A stretch of DNA of 60,198 nt, the filler included. It is 6 parts of 6 records of this genome, joined end to end, with 100 filler letters (N's around TTAATTAATTAA, not from the genome) between each part and the next. Parts side by side here need not be neighbours in the genome. Positions count along the whole stretch, not along the records: positions 37,398 to 44,854 come from SRR2962707_443; positions 44,955 to 50,796 come from SRR2962707_447; positions 50,897 to 60,198 come from SRR2962707_451; 3 more parts are not named here. One strand, 5' to 3'. The notes beneath the pieces are model-generated. The model had not been told where the DNA came from and did no database searches. It saw only the letters and a list, made by a program, of their open reading frames with translations. Numbering within the stretch: position 1 is the stretch's first letter; each line of letters begins with the position of its first letter. This document shows positions 43,301 to 53,973 of this stretch, piece after piece. Position numbers and translations under genes: made by a program.

Positions 43301-44632
43301 TGCAAGATCATTTACACTGCCAAAGTGGGAGCAATAACTGGTGCCATCGACCCGGCGAATACCAACAAGACCGAGCTGTTCTAGGGCGTAGTCCAGCTCA
43401 GATTTGACTGTGGAGTCGCGAGGGCCAGTGGCGATGTGCCCACCAGTGTTTCCATTTCCAGCACCAGCATCATTCTTGGATGAAGCCCTGCCAAGCTTAC
43501 GGCTTGAAAACAACGAATTGAATGCTGCAAACACAAGGTCACCGATGCCAGCTTTGACAAGCTCTTGCGGCATAACGACCGGTGGGGCCGGGTGCCTCGT
43601 ACCCGTTGCATCCAACAATATGGTGATACCCGAAGTTTCTTCGTGGCAGTGCTTTTGCAACAAGGTCAAAGTCACGCAGTCAATGGACGCCACATCGGCG
43701 CGTCCTTCTTTGACGGCGCGAAGTGAGTCACGGTGACTCCCGGTCACCAACACGTCTGGGTCAAAAAGCAGGTCAACGTCATTCACATCGCAAAGCTTGG
43801 AGTTGGATATCAGCGGCTGTGGCGACTGAGAACTGCTGCTTTGTCCTGACCTCTGGAAATCTCGAAGCAGTGCTGATGTCCGTGCTACCTCTGATTGCAA
43901 AAGAATTGCACCAGAAAAGCTCCCTGGAGAGTTAACTGCTAATCTACTTCCTGCAAGACGTCGATAATTGAATTCAACAGAACCAGAACAACTAGAAGCG
44001 CTGGCGAAAGATGAGAAGTCCCCCTCAGCTGTTGAACACTGGCCGATGAGATCATCCGGGTGGTTCCACGGCTGCGGGCGACCGGGTCGTTGTGCCTGGC
44101 TAAATCGACTTGTCGCGCGGGTAATGATTGAGCTGCAGTACTGCCCTGGCTTGCAGCCAGCATGACAGGCATACAATGGAACAAAGATGGGCTCAAGACT
44201 ACCAGCACCAGCACGGCCAGCAGTTGCAGCAGCAGGCGCTCCAACTTGGTGCGTTTGGGAGCCGTCTTTTTGTTCCCGTGCGATTGAGTAGTAGAGTTGG
44301 CCACACATGTGTGTGAATAGAAAAGTGGGCTCCCTCCACAGTGACTGGCACAACTCCTCAGACTGCCCCACGCGAGTGAGCCGGGCGCCCTCTGCCAGCG
44401 ACCGACGAACCTGCTCCAACGTGTCCAGTGAGTCACAGAACACTGCAGCTGCAGCGCTTCCTCCCTCTGTGTGCTTTTTCTGGAGTGCCGAGATATTTTG
44501 CTCCGTCAGACGCAGACACTCCTTCCTGAAAGCCTCGAACACGACGTCGTTGAATCTCTGGACTTCAGGAGCATCGTACATTGGCCATGAGCACCTCAAA
44601 GGCTCCCCTTTACCCGGAGTCACAGCAGACAT
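40356..44632 (-). CDS. Spliced eukaryotic fusion: PhnD-like periplasmic-binding domain plus TPR-like protein
   Basis: Large first exon with PMYD, AVNSPGSFSG, GSHRDSLRAVKEGRADVASIDCVT, then WFDR...WGFNH.EA. Later exons carry HAGLAHFVVH, HLLHMASHI, HNHHML, LAYDEPAGW, NLWSLKGL, SCLC. Internal exon boundaries only partly resolved. Confidence 0.75.
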
Positions 44633-44854
44633 CTCGCTTGTTCGCTAGTCTGAAGGCGGAAAGCTCACGGTTGGCACAACGGTGATTCTCGGAGTGTGGA
44701 GGCCAAAGTGAAGAGGAACACGAAATTCTTGAAGTAGTCTCTGTGACTTGTTTCCGATTGTTTTATGGCGTCCAGCCCGCAAAGCCTCGAATAAAAACTA
44801 AATTCCAAATTCCAAAATCCCAACAACAACAACCCTGAACAACACAACCCTGAA

Positions 44855-44954
44855 NNNNNNNNNNNNNNNNNNNNNNNNNNNNNNNNNNNNNNNNNNNNTT
44901 AATTAATTAANNNNNNNNNNNNNNNNNNNNNNNNNNNNNNNNNNNNNNNNNNNN
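44855..44954. other. Artificial contig spacer
   Basis: N44-TTAATTAATTAA-N44. Confidence 0.99.
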
Positions 44955-45001
44955 TGTTCCGCGTTGTTTCGACGCCCGGGTTCGATAAGGACCCACTCTA
45001 T

Positions 45002-45033
45002 AAGAGCCACCCACATGGGTTGGCTCTTTTTTT
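45002..45033 (+). terminator. Intrinsic terminator (possibly bidirectional)
   Basis: AAGAGCCACCCA-CA-TGGGTTGGCTCTT plus T run. Confidence 0.75.
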
Positions 45034-45063
45034 ATGGCTCTCTTTTTATCAGGGCTCTATTGA

Positions 45064-47253
45064 TCAGGGCTCTATGATTCGCCGGAAAGGCGGTAAGGCG
45101 TCCAACAACAACTGCCCGTATCGACGGGCGATGATGCGACGATCAAGGATGGTGACGCGGCCGGTGTCCGACTCGGTCCGTAGCAGGCGACCAACGGCCT
45201 GCACCAGTTTGATGGAGGCGTCGGGTACGGTTATTTCCATGAACGGGTTACCGCCGCGGTGAGTCACCCATTCCGCCAGGCTGGCTTCGATGGGATCATC
45301 CGGTACCGAAAACGGCAGTCGGGTAATCACCACATGGCTCAGGTACTTGCCAGGCAGGTCGATGCCCTCTGCAAAACTTGCCACACCGAACAACACGCTG
45401 GGCAGCCCCTCATCTACACGGCTGCAATGGCGGCGCAGGACCTCGCCCTTGGCCATATCGTCCTGAGTGGTGATCAGATCCGGGTATTCCGGCGCCAGGG
45501 CATCCCGCACCAACTGCATCTGGCGCCTGGAGGTAAACAACACCAGGGTCGCCTTCTCCCCGGCCCACAAGGCCGGTAGCCGCGATACCACCTGGTCCGT
45601 AAAGCTATCGTCCGTGGGCATGGCGGTCATGGCCGGTACTTCCACGGTTGCCATTTCGCCATAGCGGAAGGAACTGGGCACCACCACGAAGCGGCTGGCT
45701 TCGGGCAGGCCTGCTCTGGCCTTGAGCCGGTCAAAGCGCCCAAGGGCGGTCAGGGTTGCACTGGTCAACACAGCGCCATAGGCCCGCGACCAGAGCCTGG
45801 AATAAAGCAGATTATCCGCCAGCACCGGGCTACTGTAGAGCGTAATGTCTTCCGCGTGTTCCCAGCGCTGTCGCACCGACCAACGGGCGGCCGGTGGCCC
45901 GGACCGCTTCTTAGGCTCAGGCGCTGATTCCTCACCTTCTGCCGGCTCACTGGCCGGTTGGCCCGGATTATCACACCACGCGACCCACAACCGCAGTTGG
46001 TCCTCAGCACGGCTGTGGAACGATCCAATCACCGGATACCAGGATTCCGCCGTATCGCGGTCGACATCGCTGGCCTTGCGTTCATCGAAGGCCGTCTGTA
46101 ATTCGTCCACCATCACACCAAGCTGGCGAACCAGGGTGGCCGTCGCCACCCGGGTTTCCACCGCCAGGCCTGCAAGCAGCTCGGGCAATTCGCCCTCCGG
46201 GTATCGCCACTGGGCGGAGCGTCGCTCCTCATTGAACTCCCAACCGGTATTCTGTTCGGCCTCGTCGTACACCTTCGTCAGACAGATATCCACTTCACGG
46301 GAGGCGGAACTGATCCTGTCGATGGTCTTCGCGGCCTGGGTGCCGGGCGTGAGGAACGGCTGCATCTTTCCCAGTGCCTGGGATAGCTGCTTGAGCCATT
46401 GCCGCGTGGCATTCAGCGGCACTGACGCCGCAAAGTGATTCAGTGCCTTGTCCGGCAGGTGATGCGCCTCATCAAAGATAAACAATGCATTTTCCGGCTC
46501 CGGCAGAATGGCACCACCGCCAAGGGCAAGGTCCGCCAGCACCAGATCGTGGTTGGCCACCACGATGTCGGCATCATCGAGGTCTTTTCGGGCGTCGAAG
46601 AAGGCACAGCTGTCGAAATAGCTACAGTGGCGATTGGTACACTGACGATGGTCGGTGGTGACCTGGCGCCAGATGTCATCGGGTATCTGATCCGGCCAAT
46701 GGTCGCGATCACCGTCCCACTTCCGGGACCCGTAACTGGCCAGCATGTCTTCAAAATAGGCCCGGGTGCCGGGTTCTTCCTTGCCGGGCCCATCCAGCAG
46801 GAACAGCGGCATGGTATCGCTGTCGCCGTTACCCTCGTCATGCAGGCGAGCTTCGAGACGAGACATACACAAGTAGCGGCCACGACCTTTGGCAAGGGTC
46901 CAGGTGAAATCCAGTTTGCTGTGCTTTTTCAGGTCCGGAAGGTCTTTGTGGACGATCTGATCCTGCAGGGCAACGGTCGCTGTTGATATCACCAGTGTCT
47001 TGCCAAGGGCACGGGCCACCGGAATGGCGGCAATCAGATAAGCCAGGGTCTTGCCCGTGCCTGTGCCCGCCTCTACCACGCAGGTGCCGGCTGGTGACGT
47101 GCGCTGGCCGTCATTCTCGGTGATCTCGCCCATGTAGCGGGCGATCTCGGCGATCATCAGGCGCTGGCCGTAACGGGCGCGGATGTCCTTGCCGGCCAAC
47201 ACGTCACGGTAGGTCTGCTGAATCTGCTGTTTGACGTCCTCGGTGAGTGCCAT
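45064..47253 (-). CDS. dinG: ATP-dependent DNA helicase DinG
   Basis: EAGTGTGKT, KGRGRYLC, Fe-S cysteines, DEAHH, SFAEGIDLPG, QAVGRLLR. Confidence 0.95.
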   Translation of the reverse strand: MALTEDVKQQIQQTYRDVLAGKDIRARYGQRLMIAEIARYMGEITENDGQRTSPAGTCVVEAGTGTGKTLAYLIAAIPVARALGKTLVISTATVALQDQIVHKDLPDLKKHSKLDFTWTLAKGRGRYLCMSRLEARLHDEGNGDSDTMPLFLLDGPGKEEPGTRAYFEDMLASYGSRKWDGDRDHWPDQIPDDIWRQVTTDHRQCTNRHCSYFDSCAFFDARKDLDDADIVVANHDLVLADLALGGGAILPEPENALFIFDEAHHLPDKALNHFAASVPLNATRQWLKQLSQALGKMQPFLTPGTQAAKTIDRISSASREVDICLTKVYDEAEQNTGWEFNEERRSAQWRYPEGELPELLAGLAVETRVATATLVRQLGVMVDELQTAFDERKASDVDRDTAESWYPVIGSFHSRAEDQLRLWVAWCDNPGQPASEPAEGEESAPEPKKRSGPPAARWSVRQRWEHAEDITLYSSPVLADNLLYSRLWSRAYGAVLTSATLTALGRFDRLKARAGLPEASRFVVVPSSFRYGEMATVEVPAMTAMPTDDSFTDQVVSRLPALWAGEKATLVLFTSRRQMQLVRDALAPEYPDLITTQDDMAKGEVLRRHCSRVDEGLPSVLFGVASFAEGIDLPGKYLSHVVITRLPFSVPDDPIEASLAEWVTHRGGNPFMEITVPDASIKLVQAVGRLLRTESDTGRVTILDRRIIARRYGQLLLDALPPFRRIIEP

Positions 47254-48020
47254 CAGTCGGGGCTCACCCAGTTGCGAACCACACCCACCCGGAAGCGACG
47301 GCCATCCATGCTCAGCTCCACGCCTTCCTCGGTAATCCGTTCGACGGTGATACCGGAAAACGACTCTCCGGGGCGCAGGTAGTTGTCATTGATCATGACC
47401 CGGCGGGCCGACGGCTCGGACGCATAGATATGGCTGTTAAAAATCAGGTCTGGCACCCTTTTCTGGAAGGAAAGTGGAAGCTCTACAAGGTGCGGCGCCG
47501 TCTGTGCGGTGGCACCGTCCCGCTCGCTGGGATTGACGGCACTTGGCGTTCGCGGCGTGGGCACAATCACCGTGGGTCGCTCCCGCTCATTCTCGTCACC
47601 GGTTTCCGCTACCGCATCCGCTGGAGAGTCGGTATTCGCTCCCGGTGTTGGAATCTCGATAGCACCCTCGAGCGTGTCACTAGTCGGCGGCGATTGTACA
47701 CGTTCGGGCGTCGATACCTGGCCCGCAGGTTCCGGCTTGTCATCAACTATAACCGGTTCAACGGTGGGTGTGGGTGCGGGCGCAGCCACGCCAGCCGACG
47801 GGATTGTCTGATCCGTCAGGGAAGCCTGACGCCCCTGGGGCCAAAAGATCCAGGCCAATACAGCCGCGTTGAGCACCAGCCCCAACGCAACCCACACCAG
47901 AATCGGAATCGATTTTTTCCGTGGTTTGTGGATCAGCTGTACCTGCTGGCCAAGGTCCGGAATCCGACCCTGCCGTCTTTCAGTTTCGGATTTGCGGAGA
48001 GCATCAAGGATATAGGACAT
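47253..48020 (-). CDS. exeB: Type II secretion accessory protein GspB/ExeB
   Basis: MSYILDALRKSE, single TM, C-terminal HIYAS...RRVMIN T2SSB domain. Confidence 0.9.
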   Translation of the reverse strand: MSYILDALRKSETERRQGRIPDLGQQVQLIHKPRKKSIPILVWVALGLVLNAAVLAWIFWPQGRQASLTDQTIPSAGVAAPAPTPTVEPVIVDDKPEPAGQVSTPERVQSPPTSDTLEGAIEIPTPGANTDSPADAVAETGDENERERPTVIVPTPRTPSAVNPSERDGATAQTAPHLVELPLSFQKRVPDLIFNSHIYASEPSARRVMINDNYLRPGESFSGITVERITEEGVELSMDGRRFRVGVVRNWVSPD

Positions 48021-48021
48021 G

Positions 48022-49734
48022 TCAGTTCACCATCCTTCCGGACGTCAGCCGGGGCACGGCGGATTCCAGGTCGTTATTCATCTGGATGATGGTCATGGCA
48101 CCGGCAATGCCATCGACCGTCAGGCCTCTTTGCTGCTGGTACCAGCGGACCTGCTCTTCGATCGGCATACGGTTGACGCGGCTCTCTTCCTGCCGGCTTT
48201 CGGCGTATCGGCTGGCGAGCTCCATCATTCTTGAGCCCATCCAGATCTGCTCGGCCACCCTTTCATTACCCTGAGCACTACCGGACGCATCGCCCAAAAT
48301 GTAGCCGGGCGCTTCCCAAAGTACGGTAAATTCGCCAAACCAATAGGGCTCCAGGCTGGAGAAGGTGACCTCCCGGCGACCACTCGGGAGTTCGATAGTG
48401 GCGCGATTATCCTGGAGGCCGCTCAGGACCGCATAGTGACTGTCCCCATTGCCGTTGCGAAGCTGAAGTATCGCCGGCCGGTCCAGAAACTCCAGGCTTC
48501 GGCGTGCGCCCTTGTTCTGCAGGCAACGCAGTCCCTGCCCCTCGGCAAACTCACACGCCACTGGGCTTTCCGAGGCGCGGTATTCCAACCCCCATAGTTC
48601 AAACAGCTCGCGAAAAGCCACTGGCAAAGAGATGGTCTGGTCCGGGAACTCAAATTCGGGCAGTGGTTCCTCCTCGCGTGAGTCACTGGTCTGCTCACTG
48701 GCTTCGGGAAGCTTTTCCGACAACTCGACAACAGGCATATCCAGCTCGACCCGTTCGATGGCGCCAGTAAGGGACCTTCCCTGATTTTCGGCGACAGCAT
48801 CGGGCTCGGGTCCACCGCTCCCCGGAAGCCCTATGAACAGCCACGTGGTCATGATGATGGCCATCAGCAGGGCTGCAGCCAACATCAGCGCATGGGACTT
48901 TCGAGACGGCCCAGCGCGCCTGGGCAGATTCTGGCCGTTCACTTCCCGGGCAGCGTTACGGATATGGGGAGCAGTGATCTGGTGCTCGCCTTCGGCGTAG
49001 GCGCCCAGCAATGCACGGTCACTGATCAGGTTAATCAGTCTCGGTACACCATGGCTGGCGCGGTACAAAGCCCGGATCGCGCGATCAGTAAAGATCTCGC
49101 CCCGGAGGCCTGCCACGCTGAGCCGGTAACGCAGGTAAGCCTCTATCTCTGCTCGACCCAGGGCGTCGAGGTGATAACGGGCCGTTACCCGCTGATTTAA
49201 CTGGCGGAGCTCTGGTAGCCCCAGAATCTCCTGCAGTTCAGGTTGTCCCAGCAACACAATCTGCAGCAGTTTTTTCTCAGCGGTTTCGAGATTGGTCAGC
49301 AATCGGAGCTGTTCAAGCACTTCGGCGGACAGGTTCTGGGCTTCATCAATCATCAGAACCTTATGGCGGCCCGCTGCATGGGCCTTGAGCAGGTCATCAT
49401 TGATCAGTCCCACCAGTTCCTTGATGGATGATCCGACCGGATGGGCAATCTCAAGCTCATCGCAGATGGATGACAACAGCTCACGGGCAGACAACCTGGG
49501 ATTGAGGATCAGTGCAATGTCTACATGATCCGGCACATTCTCGATGAAACAGCGGCTGACAGTGGTCTTGCCCGTGCCGACTTCTCCAGTGATCACGATA
49601 AAACCGCCCTGCCCCTGCACGCCATACATCAGATGCGCCAGCGCTTCTTTATGGCGTTCGCTCAGATACAGATAGCGGGGGTCCGGGGCTATCGAAAACG
49701 GGGGCTCCCGAAAACCGAAGAAATCGTAGTACAT
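48022..49734 (-). CDS. exeA: Type II secretion ATPase ExeA/GspA with peptidoglycan-binding domain
   Basis: PFSIAPDP, GEVGTGKT, IDEAQ, C-terminal GLTVDGIAG. Confidence 0.93.
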   Translation of the reverse strand: MYYDFFGFREPPFSIAPDPRYLYLSERHKEALAHLMYGVQGQGGFIVITGEVGTGKTTVSRCFIENVPDHVDIALILNPRLSARELLSSICDELEIAHPVGSSIKELVGLINDDLLKAHAAGRHKVLMIDEAQNLSAEVLEQLRLLTNLETAEKKLLQIVLLGQPELQEILGLPELRQLNQRVTARYHLDALGRAEIEAYLRYRLSVAGLRGEIFTDRAIRALYRASHGVPRLINLISDRALLGAYAEGEHQITAPHIRNAAREVNGQNLPRRAGPSRKSHALMLAAALLMAIIMTTWLFIGLPGSGGPEPDAVAENQGRSLTGAIERVELDMPVVELSEKLPEASEQTSDSREEEPLPEFEFPDQTISLPVAFRELFELWGLEYRASESPVACEFAEGQGLRCLQNKGARRSLEFLDRPAILQLRNGNGDSHYAVLSGLQDNRATIELPSGRREVTFSSLEPYWFGEFTVLWEAPGYILGDASGSAQGNERVAEQIWMGSRMMELASRYAESRQEESRVNRMPIEEQVRWYQQQRGLTVDGIAGAMTIIQMNNDLESAVPRLTSGRMVN

Positions 49735-49832
49735 GCGTGTCCAGTCAGGTGCTCAGGCGGAGCTTGCGGGAGCCGCCATCGGGCTCCCCGGCTATCGCGG
49801 TATCATACCGCCCGGCTCCCGGGGCTGTCATC

Positions 49833-50796
49833 TCATGAAGTGCCGGAATCCGCATTGCTTACCAGTCTCAGTTCGGCTGTGGAGCGGCGCTGTTCGGATT
49901 TCAAGCGGCGAATGCATCGCTCCAGGGTCTTGGAGATTCTGGCGTGGGAGCGAATCATCGAAATCTTGGGCCAGGTCGCACGCTCGCCCTGCAATATCAT
50001 CTCCCGGACCCATGCCGGATCGGGGTTGGATAACATGCGACGGTAGTCACGAAGACGATACGTCGGCGAGATGGTGACATCCCCGGAATAGCGCTGCCCC
50101 ATAATGGTGTACATCTGGCCCGCTACCTGCCGAAGCATTTCCGGCTGAACGCGTTTTCGCAGATAATCGAACAGGCCCTGGCCATGGAACTGGATTTCCG
50201 ATTTCAGCAGGTGCATCGGCAGATTGGCGACATTGATCTTTTCATCCCGGCCTCGCCGGTTCAGAAAAGGCACCACATGGGGGTTGGTCTGGCTGACAAT
50301 GGTGAAGTTCACGTCGTAAAGGTGCATCAGCCGTTCGATGGGCAAGTCGCTGACCACCGACCCGTCCACGAACTTCAGCCGCGACATGTAGGGCAGCACG
50401 TTGCCCTGAATGTCCTTCTTCATCAGCGGTACCGGCGGGAAGATGCCCGGCACTGCCGCGCTGGCCAGCACGGCACTCCAAACCAACAGATAGGGTGACG
50501 TGTAGCCACACAACAAACGGGCTTTCTGGTGGGTCTGGACCGGTGACACACTGACGTTGATGGAACGCCCGGTCTTCTGGAACGCCTCCTCAAAGGTGTA
50601 TTCCCCGATATTGGCACGCAGGCACGCCTTTAACTGCTCCTGATCCATCAGGCCGTCACCCCGGATGGCACTGAACAGCCCTCGCCATTTCCAGGCCCTC
50701 ATGTCGTGGTTTTCAGGCACCAGCATGTCCGGTATTTCCGCATCGCTGTGGACACCCAGTATGCCAGCGATAATGGCGCCGATGCTGGAGCCGGCA
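49833..50796 (-). CDS. Patatin-like phospholipase (DUF3336/TAG-lipase type), 3' part
   Basis: AGSSIG at the contig edge, TFEEAF, ASAAVPG, DGS, SQTNPH. Confidence 0.85.
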
Positions 50797-50896
50797 NNNN
50801 NNNNNNNNNNNNNNNNNNNNNNNNNNNNNNNNNNNNNNNNTTAATTAATTAANNNNNNNNNNNNNNNNNNNNNNNNNNNNNNNNNNNNNNNNNNNN
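50797..50896. other. Artificial contig spacer
   Basis: N44-TTAATTAATTAA-N44. Confidence 0.99.
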
Positions 50897-51088
50897 ATCG
50901 TAATGCGTGTGGATGTCGACCCAGCCGGGCGTGACGAGGAGCCCTGTGGCGTCGATCTCGCGCTTGCCGGTGGCTTTGACTTCGCCGACCGCCGTGACCA
51001 GGCCGTTGTCGATGGCGACGTCGGCCTGCCGCGCCGGGGCGCCCGTGCCGTCGGCGACAAGGCCGCCGCGAATGACGAGATCGTGCAT
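50897..51088 (-). CDS. N-acyl-D-amino-acid deacylase family amidohydrolase, 5' part
   Basis: MHDLVIRGG.VADGTG, PGWVDIHTHYD; GGAG RBS. Confidence 0.85.
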
Positions 51089-51180
51089 GATGGTGTCTCC
51101 TCCCAATATGTTTGAGGGGAGATTACGCCGCGAGCGGGGGTCACGCCAGCCTAAAATAGACCTTGGTCTATTTATTGATT

Positions 51181-52098
51181 TCAGACGGTGACGGGGTTCG
51201 GCAGGAGCTTGTCCGCGAAGAAGGCGTCGAGATTGGCGATCACGGCATCGCCCATGGCGATAATGGCCTCCGAGGTGCCGCCGCCGATATGAGGCGTCAC
51301 GACGACATTGGGCAGTGTCACGAGGTCGGAACGGGGTTCGGGCTCATTTTCGAAAACATCGAGACCGGCGCCTGCGATGGTGCCGTTTTTCAGGGCGGCG
51401 ATCAGCGCGTCTTCGTCGATGGCAGAGCCGCGCGAGATGTTCACGACGTGGCCGGTGGGGCCGAGCGCCTCCAGCACGGCGGCGTTGACCATGTGGCGGT
51501 TGGTTTCATCGGCGCGGTGGGCGAGGACGAGGACGTCCGCCCATTTGGCGAGGTCGAGGACGGTCTCGAAATAAGGATACGAGACCTCTTTTTTGCTCCG
51601 GTTGTGATAGCCGATTTCGGCTTCGAAGGCGGCCAGGCGGTTTGCGATCTTGAGGCCGATGGCGCCAAGGCCGACGACGCCGATCCTGCGGCCCGTGAGT
51701 CCGCGCGCGAAGAGGAGCGGGGCGGGGTTTTCGCCGCGCCACTTGCCCGCGCGGGTAAGGCGGTCGCCGGTGACAACGAGGCGGACAGAAGCGAGGAGGA
51801 GGGCGACGGCGAGGTCGGCGACCGTTGCTGCGTTGGCGCCGACGGTGTTGGTGACGGTGACGCCGCGCTCCGTTGCCGCTTTCACGTCGATCCCTTCGTA
51901 GCCCGAGCCGAAGCAGCAGACGAGTTTCAGGTCCGGCATTGCGTCGAAATAAGCGTCATCGGCGCGCATCGTGCCGACGGTGACGAGGGCATCGACACCT
52001 TCTTTCGCCTCGGGGTCCGAGACGATGGTGTAGCGGTCTGTAAGCTTGCGCTCGAAGGCCTTGCCGAGCGGAAGGGCAATCAGAACATTCGGTTTCAT
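51181..52098 (-). CDS. D-isomer specific 2-hydroxyacid dehydrogenase
   Basis: GLGAIG, NISRGS, LDVFENEP, TPHIGG. Confidence 0.92.
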   Translation of the reverse strand: MKPNVLIALPLGKAFERKLTDRYTIVSDPEAKEGVDALVTVGTMRADDAYFDAMPDLKLVCCFGSGYEGIDVKAATERGVTVTNTVGANAATVADLAVALLLASVRLVVTGDRLTRAGKWRGENPAPLLFARGLTGRRIGVVGLGAIGLKIANRLAAFEAEIGYHNRSKKEVSYPYFETVLDLAKWADVLVLAHRADETNRHMVNAAVLEALGPTGHVVNISRGSAIDEDALIAALKNGTIAGAGLDVFENEPEPRSDLVTLPNVVVTPHIGGGTSEAIIAMGDAVIANLDAFFADKLLPNPVTV

Positions 52099-52105
52099 GC
52101 GGTAC

Positions 52106-52960
52106 TCAGTTCGATGTGGCTGCGCGAGCAAGAAGGGCGCGCGCTTGTTTCAGATGGGGGATGTCGAGCATGACGCCATCAAGCGCGACGACGCCGACGT
52201 CGCCCGCTTCATCGAAGGCCGCGACGACGGCGCGGGCATGGGCGAGATCGGCTTCGCTCGGGGTGAAGACCTCGTTGATGATTGCGACCTGCGCCGGGTG
52301 GATCGCCATCTTGCCGGTGAAGCCGTCGCGGACGGCGGCGCGGGCTTCGGCTTCGAGGCCCTTCTCGTCGCGAAAATCCTTCCAGATGCCGTCAAGCGGC
52401 TGAACGCCCGCCGCGACGGCGCCGAGCAGCGTCAGTGTGCGGGCAAGCTGGTAGGGGCCGGTGTAGAGGCCGTCTGCATCCTTGTTGTCTCGTGCGCCGA
52501 GGGCGGCGGAAAGGTCTTCGGCGCCCCAGGTGAGGAAGGCAAGGCGCTCATGGCTGCCGGCATAGGTGCTGAGCGTGAAGAGGGAGGCGGCGGTCTCGGT
52601 TGCGACGCAGCCGATGCCGATTTCCTTAGCGCCGCCCATGCGGTCGATGCGGTCGCCGACTTTCTTCACGCAGTCGCCGGAAAGCGTTTTCGGCACGACG
52701 ATCATGTCGGGCTTGGCCGGGATAATTGTTTCGAGGTCTTTCTCCCAGAAAGGCGTGTCGAGCGCGTTGATGCGCAGCACGAGCTTCGGGCCTGAGCGGT
52801 CTGCTGTTTTCAGGTAGGCGGCGGCGGCATTGCGCGCGGCGTCCTTCGCGGAGAGGGCGACGGAATCCTCAAGATCGAGGATCAGCGCGTCGGCGCCGCA
52901 GCTTGCAGCCTTCGACAGTTTCTTTTCGCTGTCGGCGGGAACGAAGAGAAAGGAACGCAT
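52106..52960 (-). CDS. CitE-like CoA ester lyase (HpcH/HpaI family)
   Basis: RSFLFVP, DLEDSV, GAEDLSA, GFTGKMAIHP. Confidence 0.92.
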   Translation of the reverse strand: MRSFLFVPADSEKKLSKAASCGADALILDLEDSVALSAKDAARNAAAAYLKTADRSGPKLVLRINALDTPFWEKDLETIIPAKPDMIVVPKTLSGDCVKKVGDRIDRMGGAKEIGIGCVATETAASLFTLSTYAGSHERLAFLTWGAEDLSAALGARDNKDADGLYTGPYQLARTLTLLGAVAAGVQPLDGIWKDFRDEKGLEAEARAAVRDGFTGKMAIHPAQVAIINEVFTPSEADLAHARAVVAAFDEAGDVGVVALDGVMLDIPHLKQARALLARAATSN

Positions 52961-53424
52961 CAGGCTTCTGCCTCGCTCTTTGCAAGCATGAAAGCTTGCC
53001 TCGTGCAGGAGGCGACTTCTTCGTCGCGCTGGTTGTAGGCCTTGTGTTCGAAGGTGACGATGCCTGCCTTGGGCCGCGATTTCGAGCGGCGTTTGGAGAG
53101 CACCTTCGTTTCGATATGCAGCGTGTCGCCGTGGAAGACAGGTTTCGGGAAGACGACGTCTGTCATGCCGAGATTGGCGATAGTGGTGCCGAGCGTGGTG
53201 TCGTTCACCGAAATGCCGATCATCAGGCCGAGCGTGAAGAGGCTGTTCACCAGCGGCCTGCCGAATTCGGTTTCCGTCTCGGCATAGTGATGGTCGAGGT
53301 GGAGCGCGGCCGGGTTCATGGTCATGGTGGAGAAGAGGACGTTGTCCGTCTCCGTCACCGTGCGCCTGATCGGGTGCTTGAAGATTTGCCCGTCGTCGAA
53401 TTCCTCGAAATAAAGTCCCGGCAT
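52960..53424 (-). CDS. MaoC family dehydratase
   Basis: [34 protein letters not shown] before ATG 53424. Confidence 0.9.
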   Translation of the reverse strand: MPGLYFEEFDDGQIFKHPIRRTVTETDNVLFSTMTMNPAALHLDHHYAETETEFGRPLVNSLFTLGLMIGISVNDTTLGTTIANLGMTDVVFPKPVFHGDTLHIETKVLSKRRSKSRPKAGIVTFEHKAYNQRDEEVASCTRQAFMLAKSEAEA

Positions 53425-53511
53425 TTCCTCCCCCATCTTGCTTGGTATGCCTGACGATGACAGGCGGATAACGTGTGTCTAGCTTATAGCTCCGGAGAGC
53501 GAGGGGAGAAA

Positions 53512-53958
53512 GTGTTAGAGGTCAGAGGTGCCAGGACAGACGATGTGCCTGCGATCCGGGCGCTGGCCGATGCCGCCTATGCGCGCTACGTGCCGCTGAT
53601 CGGCAAGCCTCCGGGGCCGATGCTTGACGATTACGAGACGAGAATCCGGAACGATCTGGTTTTTCTGATCGAGAACGGGCCGGAGCTTGCCGCGGTTCTT
53701 GTCCTGATCGAAAAGCCCGATCATTTGCTGCTCGATAATATTGCCGTTGCACCGGCGGCTCAGGGACGCGGTTATGGCGGTCATCTGATCCGCTTTGCTG
53801 AAAAGGAAGCAAGACAACGCGGCTTTGCAGAAATCCGCCTCTATACCCACGAGGTCATGCGTGAAAACATCGGCCTCTATGAAGAATTTGGATTTGCGGT
53901 AATGCACCGGGTTCGGGAAGCGGGCTATGACCGCATCTACATGAACAAGAAACTTTGA
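53512..53958 (+). CDS. GNAT family N-acetyltransferase
   Basis: NIAVAPAAQGRGYG, LYT, N..LY..FGF. Confidence 0.88.
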   Translation: MLEVRGARTDDVPAIRALADAAYARYVPLIGKPPGPMLDDYETRIRNDLVFLIENGPELAAVLVLIEKPDHLLLDNIAVAPAAQGRGYGGHLIRFAEKEARQRGFAEIRLYTHEVMRENIGLYEEFGFAVMHRVREAGYDRIYMNKKL

Positions 53959-53973
53959 CACGGCGAGGGACGA

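Noticed and set aside
44799-44854. Telomere-like AACCCTGAA copies at the end of the eukaryotic contig
   Set aside because: Only two copies in low-complexity CAA-rich DNA, and the C-rich strand points toward the contig end, the wrong orientation for a telomere.
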